A stretch of 63,908 nucleotides of DNA, filler included, from 7 parts of 7 records of this genome joined end to end with filler, not necessarily neighbours in it, one strand, 5' to 3'. Positions 22,299 to 31,974 are shown, numbered from the whole stretch's first letter. Translations and numbers: made by a program. The notes: generated by a model from the sequence alone, not told the origin.

Positions 22299-22813
22299 CT
22301 ATCTAACTATTTTTCTTGTTTCCAAATCTCCGTTGGCATTTACCGCTTTAACAATATAAATGCCACCCTTAATTGTTTTAATATTGGCTTTATCTGAATA
22401 TCCGGCTTTCACAAGGACACCTGACACATTAAGTATTTGATACTCTACGCTTTCCGAGAAATATACATTCCCATAAGCAATCTTGTTAATTATTCCTGTT
22501 TTACTTTTTTTTGAATCAATTCCCGTGGGAATACTATTTGAATTGTTGCTTAGGGTTCCATTTATACTTACCGATTTCACTTTATAATCAGAACTCAGGC
22601 CTGACAATGCAATATCAGATAATGAGTTTGTTGTTGAAAAACCTATTACAGAATCATTTCTTTCTACCACGTAACCAATGGCATCGTCAACTGTATTCCA
22701 ACTTAAGGTAGTGTTTGTAAGCTCTACTCCATCCGGAACGGCCAGTTCTTTAGTAATTCGAACCGGATCCCATACTTTTCCACTTTTGCGAAAGAAAAAC
22801 GACAGTTTATAAA
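22299..22813 (-). CDS. C-terminal part of a T9SS cargo protein, possibly pectinesterase + Fn3-like + CTD (5' truncated)
   Basis: Frame open to the contig end: ...VWDPV...LSWNTVDDAIGYVVER...; ends with a T9SS CTD pattern ILNVSGVLV...GIYIVK...KIVR. Confidence 0.65.
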
Positions 22814-22913
22814 NNNNNNNNNNNNNNNNNNNNNNNNNNNNNNNNNNNNNNNNNNNNTTAATTAATTAANNNNNNNNNNNNNNNNNNNNNNNNNNNNNNN
22901 NNNNNNNNNNNNN
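22814..22913. other. Artificial contig spacer
   Basis: N44-TTAATTAATTAA-N44. Confidence 0.98.
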
Positions 22914-22916
22914 CCA

Positions 22917-25349
22917 TCATCGGGGGAGGTCCAGCTTCCCCGACCGTTTCAATTCCTTCCACAAGAGCTTGGGGAAACGATTGCCGAAACGACGGGACAG
23001 GACGGGCAGGCCGGCACCGATGATCGCCCAGACTTCACCGGCATCCCGTCTGCGATTTTGCTCCAGGGCATCGGTCCAATACCCGATCAAATTGGCATTC
23101 CTGTCCGGCATACGGTCCAGGGCGTTAAAATGTTGTTGATGGCACGCGAAACGGACATGGTCGTACCCTTCGGCGATCCGGCTCATCAGGCCCAGACCGT
23201 CCCGGATCCGCCGGGCATCGGGCCTTTTCAAAGAGAGCATCAACCCGGAAAAAATCCCGGCTGTCTGGGAAGTGGGGTACCCGATATCCACGGTCAGCCG
23301 TTCCAGCTCGTCCAAACAGTCGCTGTCGGTCATATCGAGGACCCTCTGCATGCTTACCGGCGAATCAAGGCCCACTGCGGCGCCTTCGCGGAACAATTCA
23401 AACGACGCATCCCAATCTTGCATCCAGGCCAACCAACCGGCCAACCAGAACAAGGCTTCCGACTGCAGGTACGAATCTTCGATGGTGCGGGCCACCGTGG
23501 CAAGCGCTTCAAACGTCTCCGTTTTTTGCACGATGGCGACCGCCTCCGCCAAAAAGCCGATGGTCCGGGCCACCGTATTCGGGTCCTCCTCGGTGCGGAT
23601 CGCCTCCACGGCGGGCGGAAATACCGACCCGGCAAGGCCGACGGCCCCACCGCAAGCAAGGGTGAGGGCCAGGTCGCTCAATTGATCCGCTGCCGATTCA
23701 CCGGCAGCCATTTCCGCAATGAGGGACGTTGTCAGGCCAATGCCATCTGCAACCTTTTCCCCGGGGTCGAGGGTGGCCTGCCACAGGGCCAGGATGCCTT
23801 TGGTATTGAGCCGCCTCTCGGTGGGGGGGTGATCGAGGGCTGCGGTCCGCAGGATGGCCTCGGCTTCCATGGCGCGTTCGACGGCGCCGGTCAGGCGATA
23901 TCCCCGGATCAGGCCATAAGCCAGCTCGGCCTGTGCCCAATGGTTCCTGCAGGTTTCCAAGCGTGTCCGTATCCAATCCAGGCCCGGCACATCTTTGAGA
24001 TCGCCCAGAATCCAGGCCAGCCGCCGGAGAGCCTTGATCTCCTGCCAGTCATCGATGGACGGCCCCCACTCAAGGGCCTTTTTTATGGCATCTTCTGCCC
24101 GCCGATAAGCACCGAAGGTTGCCAGGCCAAGGGCGATGACACCCCAGTCGGAATGGTTCAGATCGGCAGCGTTCGCTTTGCAAAGCCCGTCGAGGATGGC
24201 CACGATTTCCGACTCGCAGCCGATTTGCAGCATCGCCGGTCTGGCGCGAACCAGCTCTTCAATAACTGGAAGGAACGCTTTATCAAGCGTGACTTTCGGT
24301 AATGTGGAAAGCAGATGGATCAGTTCTCGCCCGTCGGGGTTCCTCCCCTGCCGTCGATCGGACCGTGCATGGGCGATTTCCAGCCGGATACGCTGGACGG
24401 GCGTCTGTTCCGAACCGGCCAGCTTGCCGGCTTCGCTTCGCCTTCCGCTGCGGGCCAGTAGCAGGACCAAATGGTAAAAATCCTTGGGGTATTTTCCCTC
24501 CGGCCACAAGGCCAAGGTTTGATCGAGCAGTTGGCCGGCCAGTTCACCATGGCCGACGGACAGGGCTTGTTCCGCCGCTTCTTTGAAAGCCCGGAGCCTG
24601 AAGTACTCATCTTCAAAGGCCGCAAGCGCATCGAGGATTCTCTCCATGCTGCCGACAACCGCCCAGACCGCCGATCGGGCGGTGTGCGCCGCGGAACCGA
24701 CGCCCCCGGTCCTGCGGATCTCTTCCCGAATGCGCATTTCAACGTTCTCGGCCAGTTCCCGGGCAGTGGCAGGCTGACCGGCCTTGTAAAACGCATGGGC
24801 CAGCGAGACCGCCCGGTCTAGATCGTCATTGAAAAAATCGGATCCGGTGGCCAGCCACTCAACCCTTGCCAGGTCCAGGGCCTGCCTTGCACCGGCCTGG
24901 TCCTTGAACGCGAGGCAGGTCAGGCCGATTTGCGTCAGTGCACGGATACGACGCAGAGGCTTGGGAATGCCTCGTGCCCGTCGAAGGGCCTGACCGAGGC
25001 CGCCCGTTATGGCCATGGCTTCCAGGGCGCGAACGGGTAACCGTACGACAGTCCAGCCCCTTTTGCTGCTGAGCCAGGCAACCACCGCCTTACAGATTAG
25101 GTAAACCGCAATTCCCGGAGCGGAACCCTCATCGATGAGCGCGTTCAACTCGTTATCGAGGGCCCGGCAAACCAGGTCGAGATCTCTCTGGTAGAGCATA
25201 CCGCTGGCATCCTCGTGGATCGAACGGCCAGGCCATCGGCAGTGGGTTACCAAACGGTAAAGGGAAGCGGTCTTTCCGGCTTCCTGCAAGTGGGCACTCA
25301 GGTATCTGACGCCGAACGGGTCCGTTTTAAGTGTGGAATCGGTCGGCAT
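22917..25349 (-). CDS. STAND-type helical domain (HD2-like) plus TPR-like solenoid, no NTPase
   Basis: Starts DPFGVRYLSAHLQEAG..SLYRLV...W...LYQRDLD, followed by Ala/Leu-rich helical repeats. Own SD TAAGGAG. Confidence 0.75.
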   Translation of the reverse strand: MPTDSTLKTDPFGVRYLSAHLQEAGKTASLYRLVTHCRWPGRSIHEDASGMLYQRDLDLVCRALDNELNALIDEGSAPGIAVYLICKAVVAWLSSKRGWTVVRLPVRALEAMAITGGLGQALRRARGIPKPLRRIRALTQIGLTCLAFKDQAGARQALDLARVEWLATGSDFFNDDLDRAVSLAHAFYKAGQPATARELAENVEMRIREEIRRTGGVGSAAHTARSAVWAVVGSMERILDALAAFEDEYFRLRAFKEAAEQALSVGHGELAGQLLDQTLALWPEGKYPKDFYHLVLLLARSGRRSEAGKLAGSEQTPVQRIRLEIAHARSDRRQGRNPDGRELIHLLSTLPKVTLDKAFLPVIEELVRARPAMLQIGCESEIVAILDGLCKANAADLNHSDWGVIALGLATFGAYRRAEDAIKKALEWGPSIDDWQEIKALRRLAWILGDLKDVPGLDWIRTRLETCRNHWAQAELAYGLIRGYRLTGAVERAMEAEAILRTAALDHPPTERRLNTKGILALWQATLDPGEKVADGIGLTTSLIAEMAAGESAADQLSDLALTLACGGAVGLAGSVFPPAVEAIRTEEDPNTVARTIGFLAEAVAIVQKTETFEALATVARTIEDSYLQSEALFWLAGWLAWMQDWDASFELFREGAAVGLDSPVSMQRVLDMTDSDCLDELERLTVDIGYPTSQTAGIFSGLMLSLKRPDARRIRDGLGLMSRIAEGYDHVRFACHQQHFNALDRMPDRNANLIGYWTDALEQNRRRDAGEVWAIIGAGLPVLSRRFGNRFPKLLWKELKRSGKLDLPR

Positions 25350-25402
25350 TAATGCTCCTTATCTGTAATCTGGGTTCAGACGGACTTTGCACGGTCACCG
25401 TC

Positions 25403-26935
25403 TCATTGGACCGGGTCGAAGATGTCGTCCGGTCCCAAATCGATCTGCTGCATGTAAAAATCGGCAATCTTGCCGTGGGAGTGTTTCAAACCGGGCTCGA
25501 TTTCATTGTATAGAAACTCCTGGAACAAGGTGTGGTAGACGCGGTAGAATTCGCTGCGTTCCTTTTTGCTGTATTCCGTATGCAAAAACGGGTACCAAGT
25601 GTAAATTGCCTTGCAGATGTCCAGCGGGGCAAGCCCCGTGAAGTTGTGGATCTGGTCCAGGGATACCGCCTTCTTGACGGCCGCTAAAATGCAGACCACC
25701 GGCTGGTAGAGGATATCGAACAGGCCGGCATCCCTGCCACGCATCTGTTTCCAGTGATGGCGGTAGTAATTCAACAGGCCCCGGGGCACCTCGACCAGCC
25801 TTCCGACCTTGAAGTCGCCGTCCCGAACCGCGGGCAGCACATGGCGCAGGTACATGAAATTGCCTTCGCTCTTCTCCACCATGGCCTCGATAAAAGAGGG
25901 CTCATCCACGCCCCAACCGGCAATACGCTCTTGCATCATCGGATCTTTCAGGCTGCCCTCAACGTAGTGGGCCGCATCTTCCCGGTTGTTCTGCGAATCG
26001 GCTTGGAGGTCGAAAATCCTCAGGTTCATGACCCGCAGGGGCATCTCCTTGAGGCGTCTGCTGGTGGCGACGACATAAACCCGTTCCGGCAGCGCTTCGG
26101 GCAGATGCAGCAGGTTGGCATCCGGCCCGGCATCGGTGTTGTCCACTTCATCCAGCGCATCGACGGCAATCACGATTTTTTCGCCGTCGGGCAATTTTAC
26201 AGCGGATTCCGCCAGAAGCCGGTTGAAAACACGGCCGTCCCGGGTGGCATCCTCCGGCAGGTCCGCATAGGGCAGCGCATACCTGTCGATGAGCTGGGTA
26301 CAGATATTTTTCAGGAAATGTCGCGGCCGGTTGATGGATTGCGGCCCGATATTGAAATGGTGAAGGTATCCCCGCGTGCTCACCAGTTGCGCCATCACGG
26401 CCGACTTACCGATTCCCGGATCTCCGGTGATCAAAAAGTATCCGTTTCCCTCGACATCCTGGGCCAGGTAATCGTCCAGCGCATCGAAGAGGAACTCCCG
26501 TCCGGAAAAATTGCGCGACCGATCTTTCATGAAGGCCGCGAAAGACCCGCTGAATTCGTCCGGTGTGGCCAGGTCCGGCCAGGCTAAGACAGGCGAATGG
26601 GCAATCCGTTCCAGACCAATGTTCTTGGATCCGTCCTTCATCACCTTGGGTTTCAACCGGTAGATCGTATCGTAAAAATCCCTTTGATCCACACGGTCGT
26701 CGATAAAGGCCTGGGCCTCGAGTCCGAAAAAGGCGGCGACCTGGTCCACACGTTTCAGGGGTACTCCCTCCCGTGCCCATCTTCGGATTTGTTTTATATC
26801 GTCATACTCGACCAGGCGGACCCATCGCATGGTGTTGACGATTCCTTCGAAACTAGCCGTACACGCTTGAACGGCGATTTCGAAACGTCTTCCTGCCAAT
26901 TCTGACCGTTCATCCGTTTTGCGCCCTTTTGCCAT
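25403..26935 (-). CDS. STAND/NACHT-like P-loop NTPase with N-terminal HTH-like domain, ending at the winged helix
   Basis: FSGRE, Walker A GDPGIGKS, Walker B IVIAVDALDE, VVATSR, SEGNFMY, VPRGL..YY, WHD YRVYHTLFQEFL. ATG 26935 has SD GGAGG; the track's 27151 start overlaps the WD40 gene. Confidence 0.88.
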   Translation of the reverse strand: MAKGRKTDERSELAGRRFEIAVQACTASFEGIVNTMRWVRLVEYDDIKQIRRWAREGVPLKRVDQVAAFFGLEAQAFIDDRVDQRDFYDTIYRLKPKVMKDGSKNIGLERIAHSPVLAWPDLATPDEFSGSFAAFMKDRSRNFSGREFLFDALDDYLAQDVEGNGYFLITGDPGIGKSAVMAQLVSTRGYLHHFNIGPQSINRPRHFLKNICTQLIDRYALPYADLPEDATRDGRVFNRLLAESAVKLPDGEKIVIAVDALDEVDNTDAGPDANLLHLPEALPERVYVVATSRRLKEMPLRVMNLRIFDLQADSQNNREDAAHYVEGSLKDPMMQERIAGWGVDEPSFIEAMVEKSEGNFMYLRHVLPAVRDGDFKVGRLVEVPRGLLNYYRHHWKQMRGRDAGLFDILYQPVVCILAAVKKAVSLDQIHNFTGLAPLDICKAIYTWYPFLHTEYSKKERSEFYRVYHTLFQEFLYNEIEPGLKHSHGKIADFYMQQIDLGPDDIFDPVQ

Positions 26936-26984
26936 GGACGACCTCCATTTCAATTTGATCTGCAATGAACCCATTTCTTTGCTT

Positions 26985-29378
26985 TTACGAAATTTCTTCC
27001 TCCAGGGAAAACAGGTGAATCCGCCCGGAAGCATCTCCGGCTGCGATAAGGCGTCCGTTTTTCGTTCCATCGATGTCACCGACCCCCACATCGGTGTGGA
27101 TGGCACAAACGGCCGTTCCGTTTCGCCAGTCCCATACATGAATCCACCCACTGTCGGTGCAGGAAATCAACCGGCGATCGTGGGCCGTCAGTTGAATACG
27201 GTCGATCAAACCGGGTTCCCGGTGAACGGGAAAACGGCGGATGCAGCGGCCGTCTTCCAGGGTCCAGGCCGAGATGTGCCCATCATCGGCGGATGCGATG
27301 CAGAACTTTTCATCCGACGTCACGAGGAGTTGATGAATATTCTTTTCGTGGCCATTGAGTTTCATGAAAGGGGCACCCGATTCCAGTTCCCAAATGATGA
27401 TCCGGCCATGATCGTCGCCGCTGACAATACGCATCGTGCGGGGGCACATGGCGATGGCCGCAACCGCCATTTCATGGCCCGAAAGCGTCCGGCGGCTGGC
27501 GGACCGGCGAAGATCCCATATCTTTAGGGTCTTGTCGTCGGAAGCCGTCGCCGCCAGGGGTTGATCCGGATGAACGCACAGATCCCAGATGCCGCCTTCG
27601 TGTTCGGAAAATCGTTTCACGATCCTGCCTTCGTCGACATCCCACAGGATCATCGATCCGTCCGTGGAACAGGAGACGGCCTTTCCGGGCATGGCAGGTA
27701 CGGCTTCGACGGCAATCACGTCGTCCTCATGTCCTGAAAGCGTCTTCACACATCTGCCGCCGTTTACTTCCCACAACCGTATCGTATGATCGTCCGATGC
27801 GGAAAGAAGACGGTGGTCGCCGAAAAAGTCGAAGTGGGTTACCCAATGGGTGTGCCCCTCCAGAATGGACAGGGTCTTCAGGGTAGCGGCCTCATGTACT
27901 TTCAGCAGCCCGTCATTGGATGCCGTAACGAGAAGCCGGGAATCCTGATTGAACCGGATCCTGCTGATTTCATCGTGATGGTCCGCCGCGTGAGAAGAAA
28001 CATTTTTTTGCGGGTCCCAGATACGAACGGAACCGTCCCACGAACCGGAGGCGATCAGGCCGCTGGTTTCATCCCTGTCCATGGTGCTGATCTCGTCGCT
28101 GTGCCCTCGAAAAGAGCCGATCGGGTCGCCACCGTTCACGTCCCAAATGCGAACGGACCGGTCCCACCCGCAGGAAAAAAAACGCGCATCGCGGTCGGAA
28201 AAACAGAGTCCGGTCACCGGCCCGTAATGCCGGAACAGGGAATCGATTTTTTCCCGGTTGGCCAGATCCCAACGAAGGATTTCTCCCTCTTCCGAAGCGG
28301 AATAGAGGGTTGCGGTAGGTTCATGAACCGTGAGGAGGCAGATCCCGTCCCCTTGCCGGTACAAGCGTTCGGGTGCGGTGCCGTCATCAATGGTCAATCC
28401 ATACACATTGCCTTTCTTGTCGCCGGCGACCAGTTTGCCGGGCCCATCCTGAAAGGCAAGGCAGCAGGCAGGCGCTTGCAACCGTTTGGTGATTCCCGTG
28501 AATCCGCCTTCGGGCAATGAATAAAGCGATACGGTTCTATCGGAACGGGCCAGGGCCAACAGATCATCCCCCGAAACAGCCGCTGCCGTGAACCGCCCCT
28601 TTTGTTTGGGGTCGATTGCGGTGCGGGTAAAATCCCGCAGGTCGATCAGGTTGCATCCGCCTTCCAGGCCGCAGGTTACCAGGTAACGGCCCGTGGGACT
28701 GACCACCGAACGGGAGATGGGGCTGTCGTGAACTTTCCGGGAGAAAAGGCATTGACCGTTTTCCAATCGCCATACCCCGACCGACCCGTCATGCGCTGCG
28801 GTGACGATACCCGAGGGGCTTTTGCGCAGGCTTTCGATGTCCGTTGCGTGTGCCCGGAACCGGCACCGCAGACCTCCGGTAGCCATATCGAAAACACACA
28901 CCATGCCGCCTTCGGTACCGGCAACCAGCGTGGTTTCATCCCAGCAGATCACACCGGCGATGGGCTCCCCATCACAAACGACGGTTCGAACCAGGGCTGT
29001 ATCGGCTTTGACAAAACCGGCTGAAAGAGACTTCAGCCAGGGGCGTCGGACGGGCCGTGCCAGCAATCGTCGAATGGCCGCTGAGGTTTCCTTCCACAGC
29101 CGGTTATAAAGCTGTTCCCACAATTGTTCGGGATATGTTTGCAATATGTGGCCGCAAAGATCCAAGGTACGGCCGATCCTTCGAATGCCGGGCCTCTCGG
29201 AGAAGTCATAATCTCCGACCAGGGACAGAGGGTCCCTGCGGGACAGCTTGGTCGCAAGGTATCGAAAATCGGTGAGAAAGCGTTCGGCCTTTTCGGGCTG
29301 ATCGGAGTCGTACAGGTGCTGGATCAGATAATCGAAAAGATACGCTGCGTCACGATGCGTCAGTTTTGAAGGATTCAT
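26985..29378 (-). CDS. Apaf-1-type helical domain (HD2-like) plus about 16 WD40 repeats, no NTPase
   Basis: AYLFDYLIQHL...FLTDFRYLATKL...LVGDY...LDLCGHIL...QLWEQLYNRL...PWL, then GH...WD repeats such as GHSDEIS...ASGSWDGSVRIWD. Confidence 0.9.
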   Translation of the reverse strand: MNPSKLTHRDAAYLFDYLIQHLYDSDQPEKAERFLTDFRYLATKLSRRDPLSLVGDYDFSERPGIRRIGRTLDLCGHILQTYPEQLWEQLYNRLWKETSAAIRRLLARPVRRPWLKSLSAGFVKADTALVRTVVCDGEPIAGVICWDETTLVAGTEGGMVCVFDMATGGLRCRFRAHATDIESLRKSPSGIVTAAHDGSVGVWRLENGQCLFSRKVHDSPISRSVVSPTGRYLVTCGLEGGCNLIDLRDFTRTAIDPKQKGRFTAAAVSGDDLLALARSDRTVSLYSLPEGGFTGITKRLQAPACCLAFQDGPGKLVAGDKKGNVYGLTIDDGTAPERLYRQGDGICLLTVHEPTATLYSASEEGEILRWDLANREKIDSLFRHYGPVTGLCFSDRDARFFSCGWDRSVRIWDVNGGDPIGSFRGHSDEISTMDRDETSGLIASGSWDGSVRIWDPQKNVSSHAADHHDEISRIRFNQDSRLLVTASNDGLLKVHEAATLKTLSILEGHTHWVTHFDFFGDHRLLSASDDHTIRLWEVNGGRCVKTLSGHEDDVIAVEAVPAMPGKAVSCSTDGSMILWDVDEGRIVKRFSEHEGGIWDLCVHPDQPLAATASDDKTLKIWDLRRSASRRTLSGHEMAVAAIAMCPRTMRIVSGDDHGRIIIWELESGAPFMKLNGHEKNIHQLLVTSDEKFCIASADDGHISAWTLEDGRCIRRFPVHREPGLIDRIQLTAHDRRLISCTDSGWIHVWDWRNGTAVCAIHTDVGVGDIDGTKNGRLIAAGDASGRIHLFSLEEEIS

Positions 29379-29398
29379 AGGATTGCTATATGGGCGGA

Positions 29399-31234
29399 TT
29401 AAAACACAACCTGAACCCCACCTTCCACCCACCGTCCCGCCTTGGGCCAGTTGGGGCGGACGATATAATCGGAATCGGTCAGGTTGTAAACATTGGCGAA
29501 CAGGCTATAGCGACCGTAGGATTCGGGAACCGGCAGTTTGGCGGTAATCTTGTAGTCCCAGACGAATCGTTTGTCTCGGGTTTCCGGGTAGCTGGAATTG
29601 TGGTCCACGTAGCGGCCGATCAGGGTATGAGAAAACCATTTGCCCGCATACAGCGCGCTCGCCGTGTAGGTCAGTCTGGGGATATCCGGGATCCTTTCGT
29701 CGGTCTCGGCATCGAATACATCCACGTAACTGCCGCCGAAATAAAGCGTTAGCCCGAAGCTGGAAAGAAGCGTAAGCCCCCCTTCGATTCCCTGCCGTTC
29801 CACTTCCTCGATGTTCTGAAAACGTTCGCTTTCCGCATCCCAGCCGATCAGGTTGTCCACGTCTGCGCGGAAAAAATTGAGGTCGATCTTGAAATAGCGA
29901 AACGGCCGGATCTCGCCCCCGATCTGGTAATTCCAGGCCGTTTCCGCCTCAAGGTCGATATTGCCGTAATTCGGGTCGTTGACCCAGGCCGGCGGAGGCG
30001 CGGAAAAACCGTGTGAAACCTGAGCGCGAAGCAGAGCGCCGAATCGTGAAAATCGGTACACGGCGCCTACCGATGGGCTCACCTGACTTCCGAAGTTGAG
30101 GTTGTCGTCGTAGCGCAAGCCGGCATTGATGCTCAAGGCACCGAAGGTGGCCGTATCGTTCACCCAGAGGGCCCAGTTCCGTGTATCATGGGATTCGTCG
30201 TAAAAAGCCCATTCGTATTCCCCCCAGTCGATATCGAACCCGGCACTCACCGCATGGTTTTCCGAAGCGTCCAATTGGGCGTGAAGGCTCCCCCCCCACA
30301 ATTCATCCTCATAGTCGCTGTAAAGCTCCCGATGATCGGGATAGACATCTTCTATCCGCGTTTCGTAGGCATGGTGCCTTAGTTCGGCCGACAAGATCAA
30401 TTCCGCGACAGGAGAGGTTTCAGCCAGGAGACGCTGATACATCCGCTGCTGTTCACGGTCGCCCCAGAACTCGGGTATGGCTGCCAAAGGCTGTTCGTCT
30501 TCGCCCTCATCAAAAAACAGGGCCAGGCTCATCCGGGTTGCCTCGCCCAAATCGTATTCCAGTTTGCCGTAAAGATTGTTCTGGAGGTATTCGGAATTCT
30601 CCATGAATCCGTTGCTTTTTTCGTGGGCAGCCGATACCAGCCCCCCCCAGGCGTTTTTCCTGCCTGTTACCGTAGCCCGGGTTTTCAGGGTGTCGAACTC
30701 ACCGTAAGAAGCTTTGACATCGGCGGATAACGGCTTTTCAGGATCCGGTTCCTTTGTAACGATATTGACCACGCCACCCAGGGATGATCCCCAGGCCGAA
30801 GAGGCCGAACCCTTGTAAACCTCTATCTTTTCAATGTTCGAAACAGGAAGGTAGGAGAGATCCGTATTGGGATTGGCCGCCATGTTCAGCGGGACATTGT
30901 CCTGATAAATGGCCACATGCCGGGTCTCGGAGCCCTGGATGCGGATGCCGCCGGCAAAACTACCCGGTCCGCTGTTGATCTCCATATAGACACCGGGGAC
31001 ATATTGCAACACCTCTGCCACTGTCGTCGCCGGCAGTTGCTCAATCTCCTCGGCAGTGATCACGCTGACGTTGGCCGTCACCTGCGACGGATCCAGGGGC
31101 GAACGGGTGGCGGTGACCACCATGGGGTCCAGGGTTGCCACCGATCCTTCGGAATCTTCCTGTGAATAGGTTGTTGCTGCGGTCAGAAACAAAATAAACA
31201 GGAACCAGGGACAAAGAACAAAAATACCTCTCAA
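29399..31234 (-). CDS. TonB-dependent receptor (BtuB/CirA-like size)
   Basis: Signal peptide, TonB box DPMVVTATR, plug IEKIEVYKGSASSAWGSSLGGVVNIVTK, C-terminal Phe. Confidence 0.93.
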   Translation of the reverse strand: MRGIFVLCPWFLFILFLTAATTYSQEDSEGSVATLDPMVVTATRSPLDPSQVTANVSVITAEEIEQLPATTVAEVLQYVPGVYMEINSGPGSFAGGIRIQGSETRHVAIYQDNVPLNMAANPNTDLSYLPVSNIEKIEVYKGSASSAWGSSLGGVVNIVTKEPDPEKPLSADVKASYGEFDTLKTRATVTGRKNAWGGLVSAAHEKSNGFMENSEYLQNNLYGKLEYDLGEATRMSLALFFDEGEDEQPLAAIPEFWGDREQQRMYQRLLAETSPVAELILSAELRHHAYETRIEDVYPDHRELYSDYEDELWGGSLHAQLDASENHAVSAGFDIDWGEYEWAFYDESHDTRNWALWVNDTATFGALSINAGLRYDDNLNFGSQVSPSVGAVYRFSRFGALLRAQVSHGFSAPPPAWVNDPNYGNIDLEAETAWNYQIGGEIRPFRYFKIDLNFFRADVDNLIGWDAESERFQNIEEVERQGIEGGLTLLSSFGLTLYFGGSYVDVFDAETDERIPDIPRLTYTASALYAGKWFSHTLIGRYVDHNSSYPETRDKRFVWDYKITAKLPVPESYGRYSLFANVYNLTDSDYIVRPNWPKAGRWVEGGVQVVF

Positions 31235-31249
31235 AGCACGATCTCCAAT

Positions 31250-31398
31250 CTATTTCTCCAAACCGTATTTCTTCACCTTGTCGATCAACGTCTTGCGGCT
31301 GACCCCCAGAAGCTGGGAGGCCTGGCTTTTGTTCCCCGAGGTTCGTTTCAGGGCCAACATCATATAGAATTTTTCCATCTCCGTAAGGTTGAGGCTGG
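31250..31398 (-). CDS. C-terminal Fis-type HTH of a sigma54-dependent activator (5' truncated)
   Basis: Own translation: LNLTEMEKFYMMLALKRTSGNKSQASQLLGVSRKTLIDKVKKYGLEK*. Absent from the ORF track. Confidence 0.85.
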
Positions 31399-31498
31399 NN
31401 NNNNNNNNNNNNNNNNNNNNNNNNNNNNNNNNNNNNNNNNNNTTAATTAATTAANNNNNNNNNNNNNNNNNNNNNNNNNNNNNNNNNNNNNNNNNNNN
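31399..31498. other. Artificial contig spacer
   Basis: N44-TTAATTAATTAA-N44. Confidence 0.98.
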
Positions 31499-31969
31499 GC
31501 TCATCATGTGGCCGCTGGTGCACCCCCCTGCCAGCCGAGCTCCAAAAAGAACTAGAATGCCGGCAAAAAAAACTGTTACATAGCGGGCGGCAGGATCTTC
31601 CCCAAACCTATGCCGCCAGACTTGAGGCGCCCTACGGTCTTTTGCGTTGGGTTTGGGACCGCCCAACCTTGAAGAAATAAATGCCCCTGTTATCATGGCG
31701 AGAACAAAGATAAAGCTGTAGTTTATCGGGTTGGCCACATTTTTTGCGTATTTACCATCGCTTTTATCCAGGTAAGCATTAGGGCTGGAATAGCCAGATT
31801 TACTCTCAGGATTCTCCTGGACGATTGTGTCTGAAAAAAGGCTCCATATAATCCCGTCTGCGATGACAAACTGGGTGGAAACACCGATGGGTTTGACCAA
31901 TGCGACAGCAAATAGAAATGCTGCTCCGAGCAAGAGTCCTCCTTTAAACCATTTTAATTGTCCATTCAT
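31499..31969 (-). CDS. YeeE/YedE sulfur-compound transporter (3' truncated)
   Basis: KPIGVST and LFGARLAGGCTSGH signature. Confidence 0.88.
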
Positions 31970-31974
31970 ATTGA

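Noticed and set aside
25350-25405. Stop read-through, selenocysteine or frameshift fusing the STAND ATPase to the TPR protein
   Set aside because: The 53-nt gap puts the genes in different frames. The ATPase frame meets a second TGA and a TAA, the TPR frame has its own upstream TAA and a strong SD, and the small GACGG/CCGTC hairpin is not a convincing SECIS.
26936-27151. N-terminal extension of the ATPase given by the ORF track
   Set aside because: It overlaps the last WD40 repeats on the same strand; ATG 26935 has a GGAGG SD.
26985-29000. Hypervariable near-identical WD40 repeats (HET-E-like diversification)
   Set aside because: The repeats are highly divergent from each other; no DNA-level tandem identity is visible.
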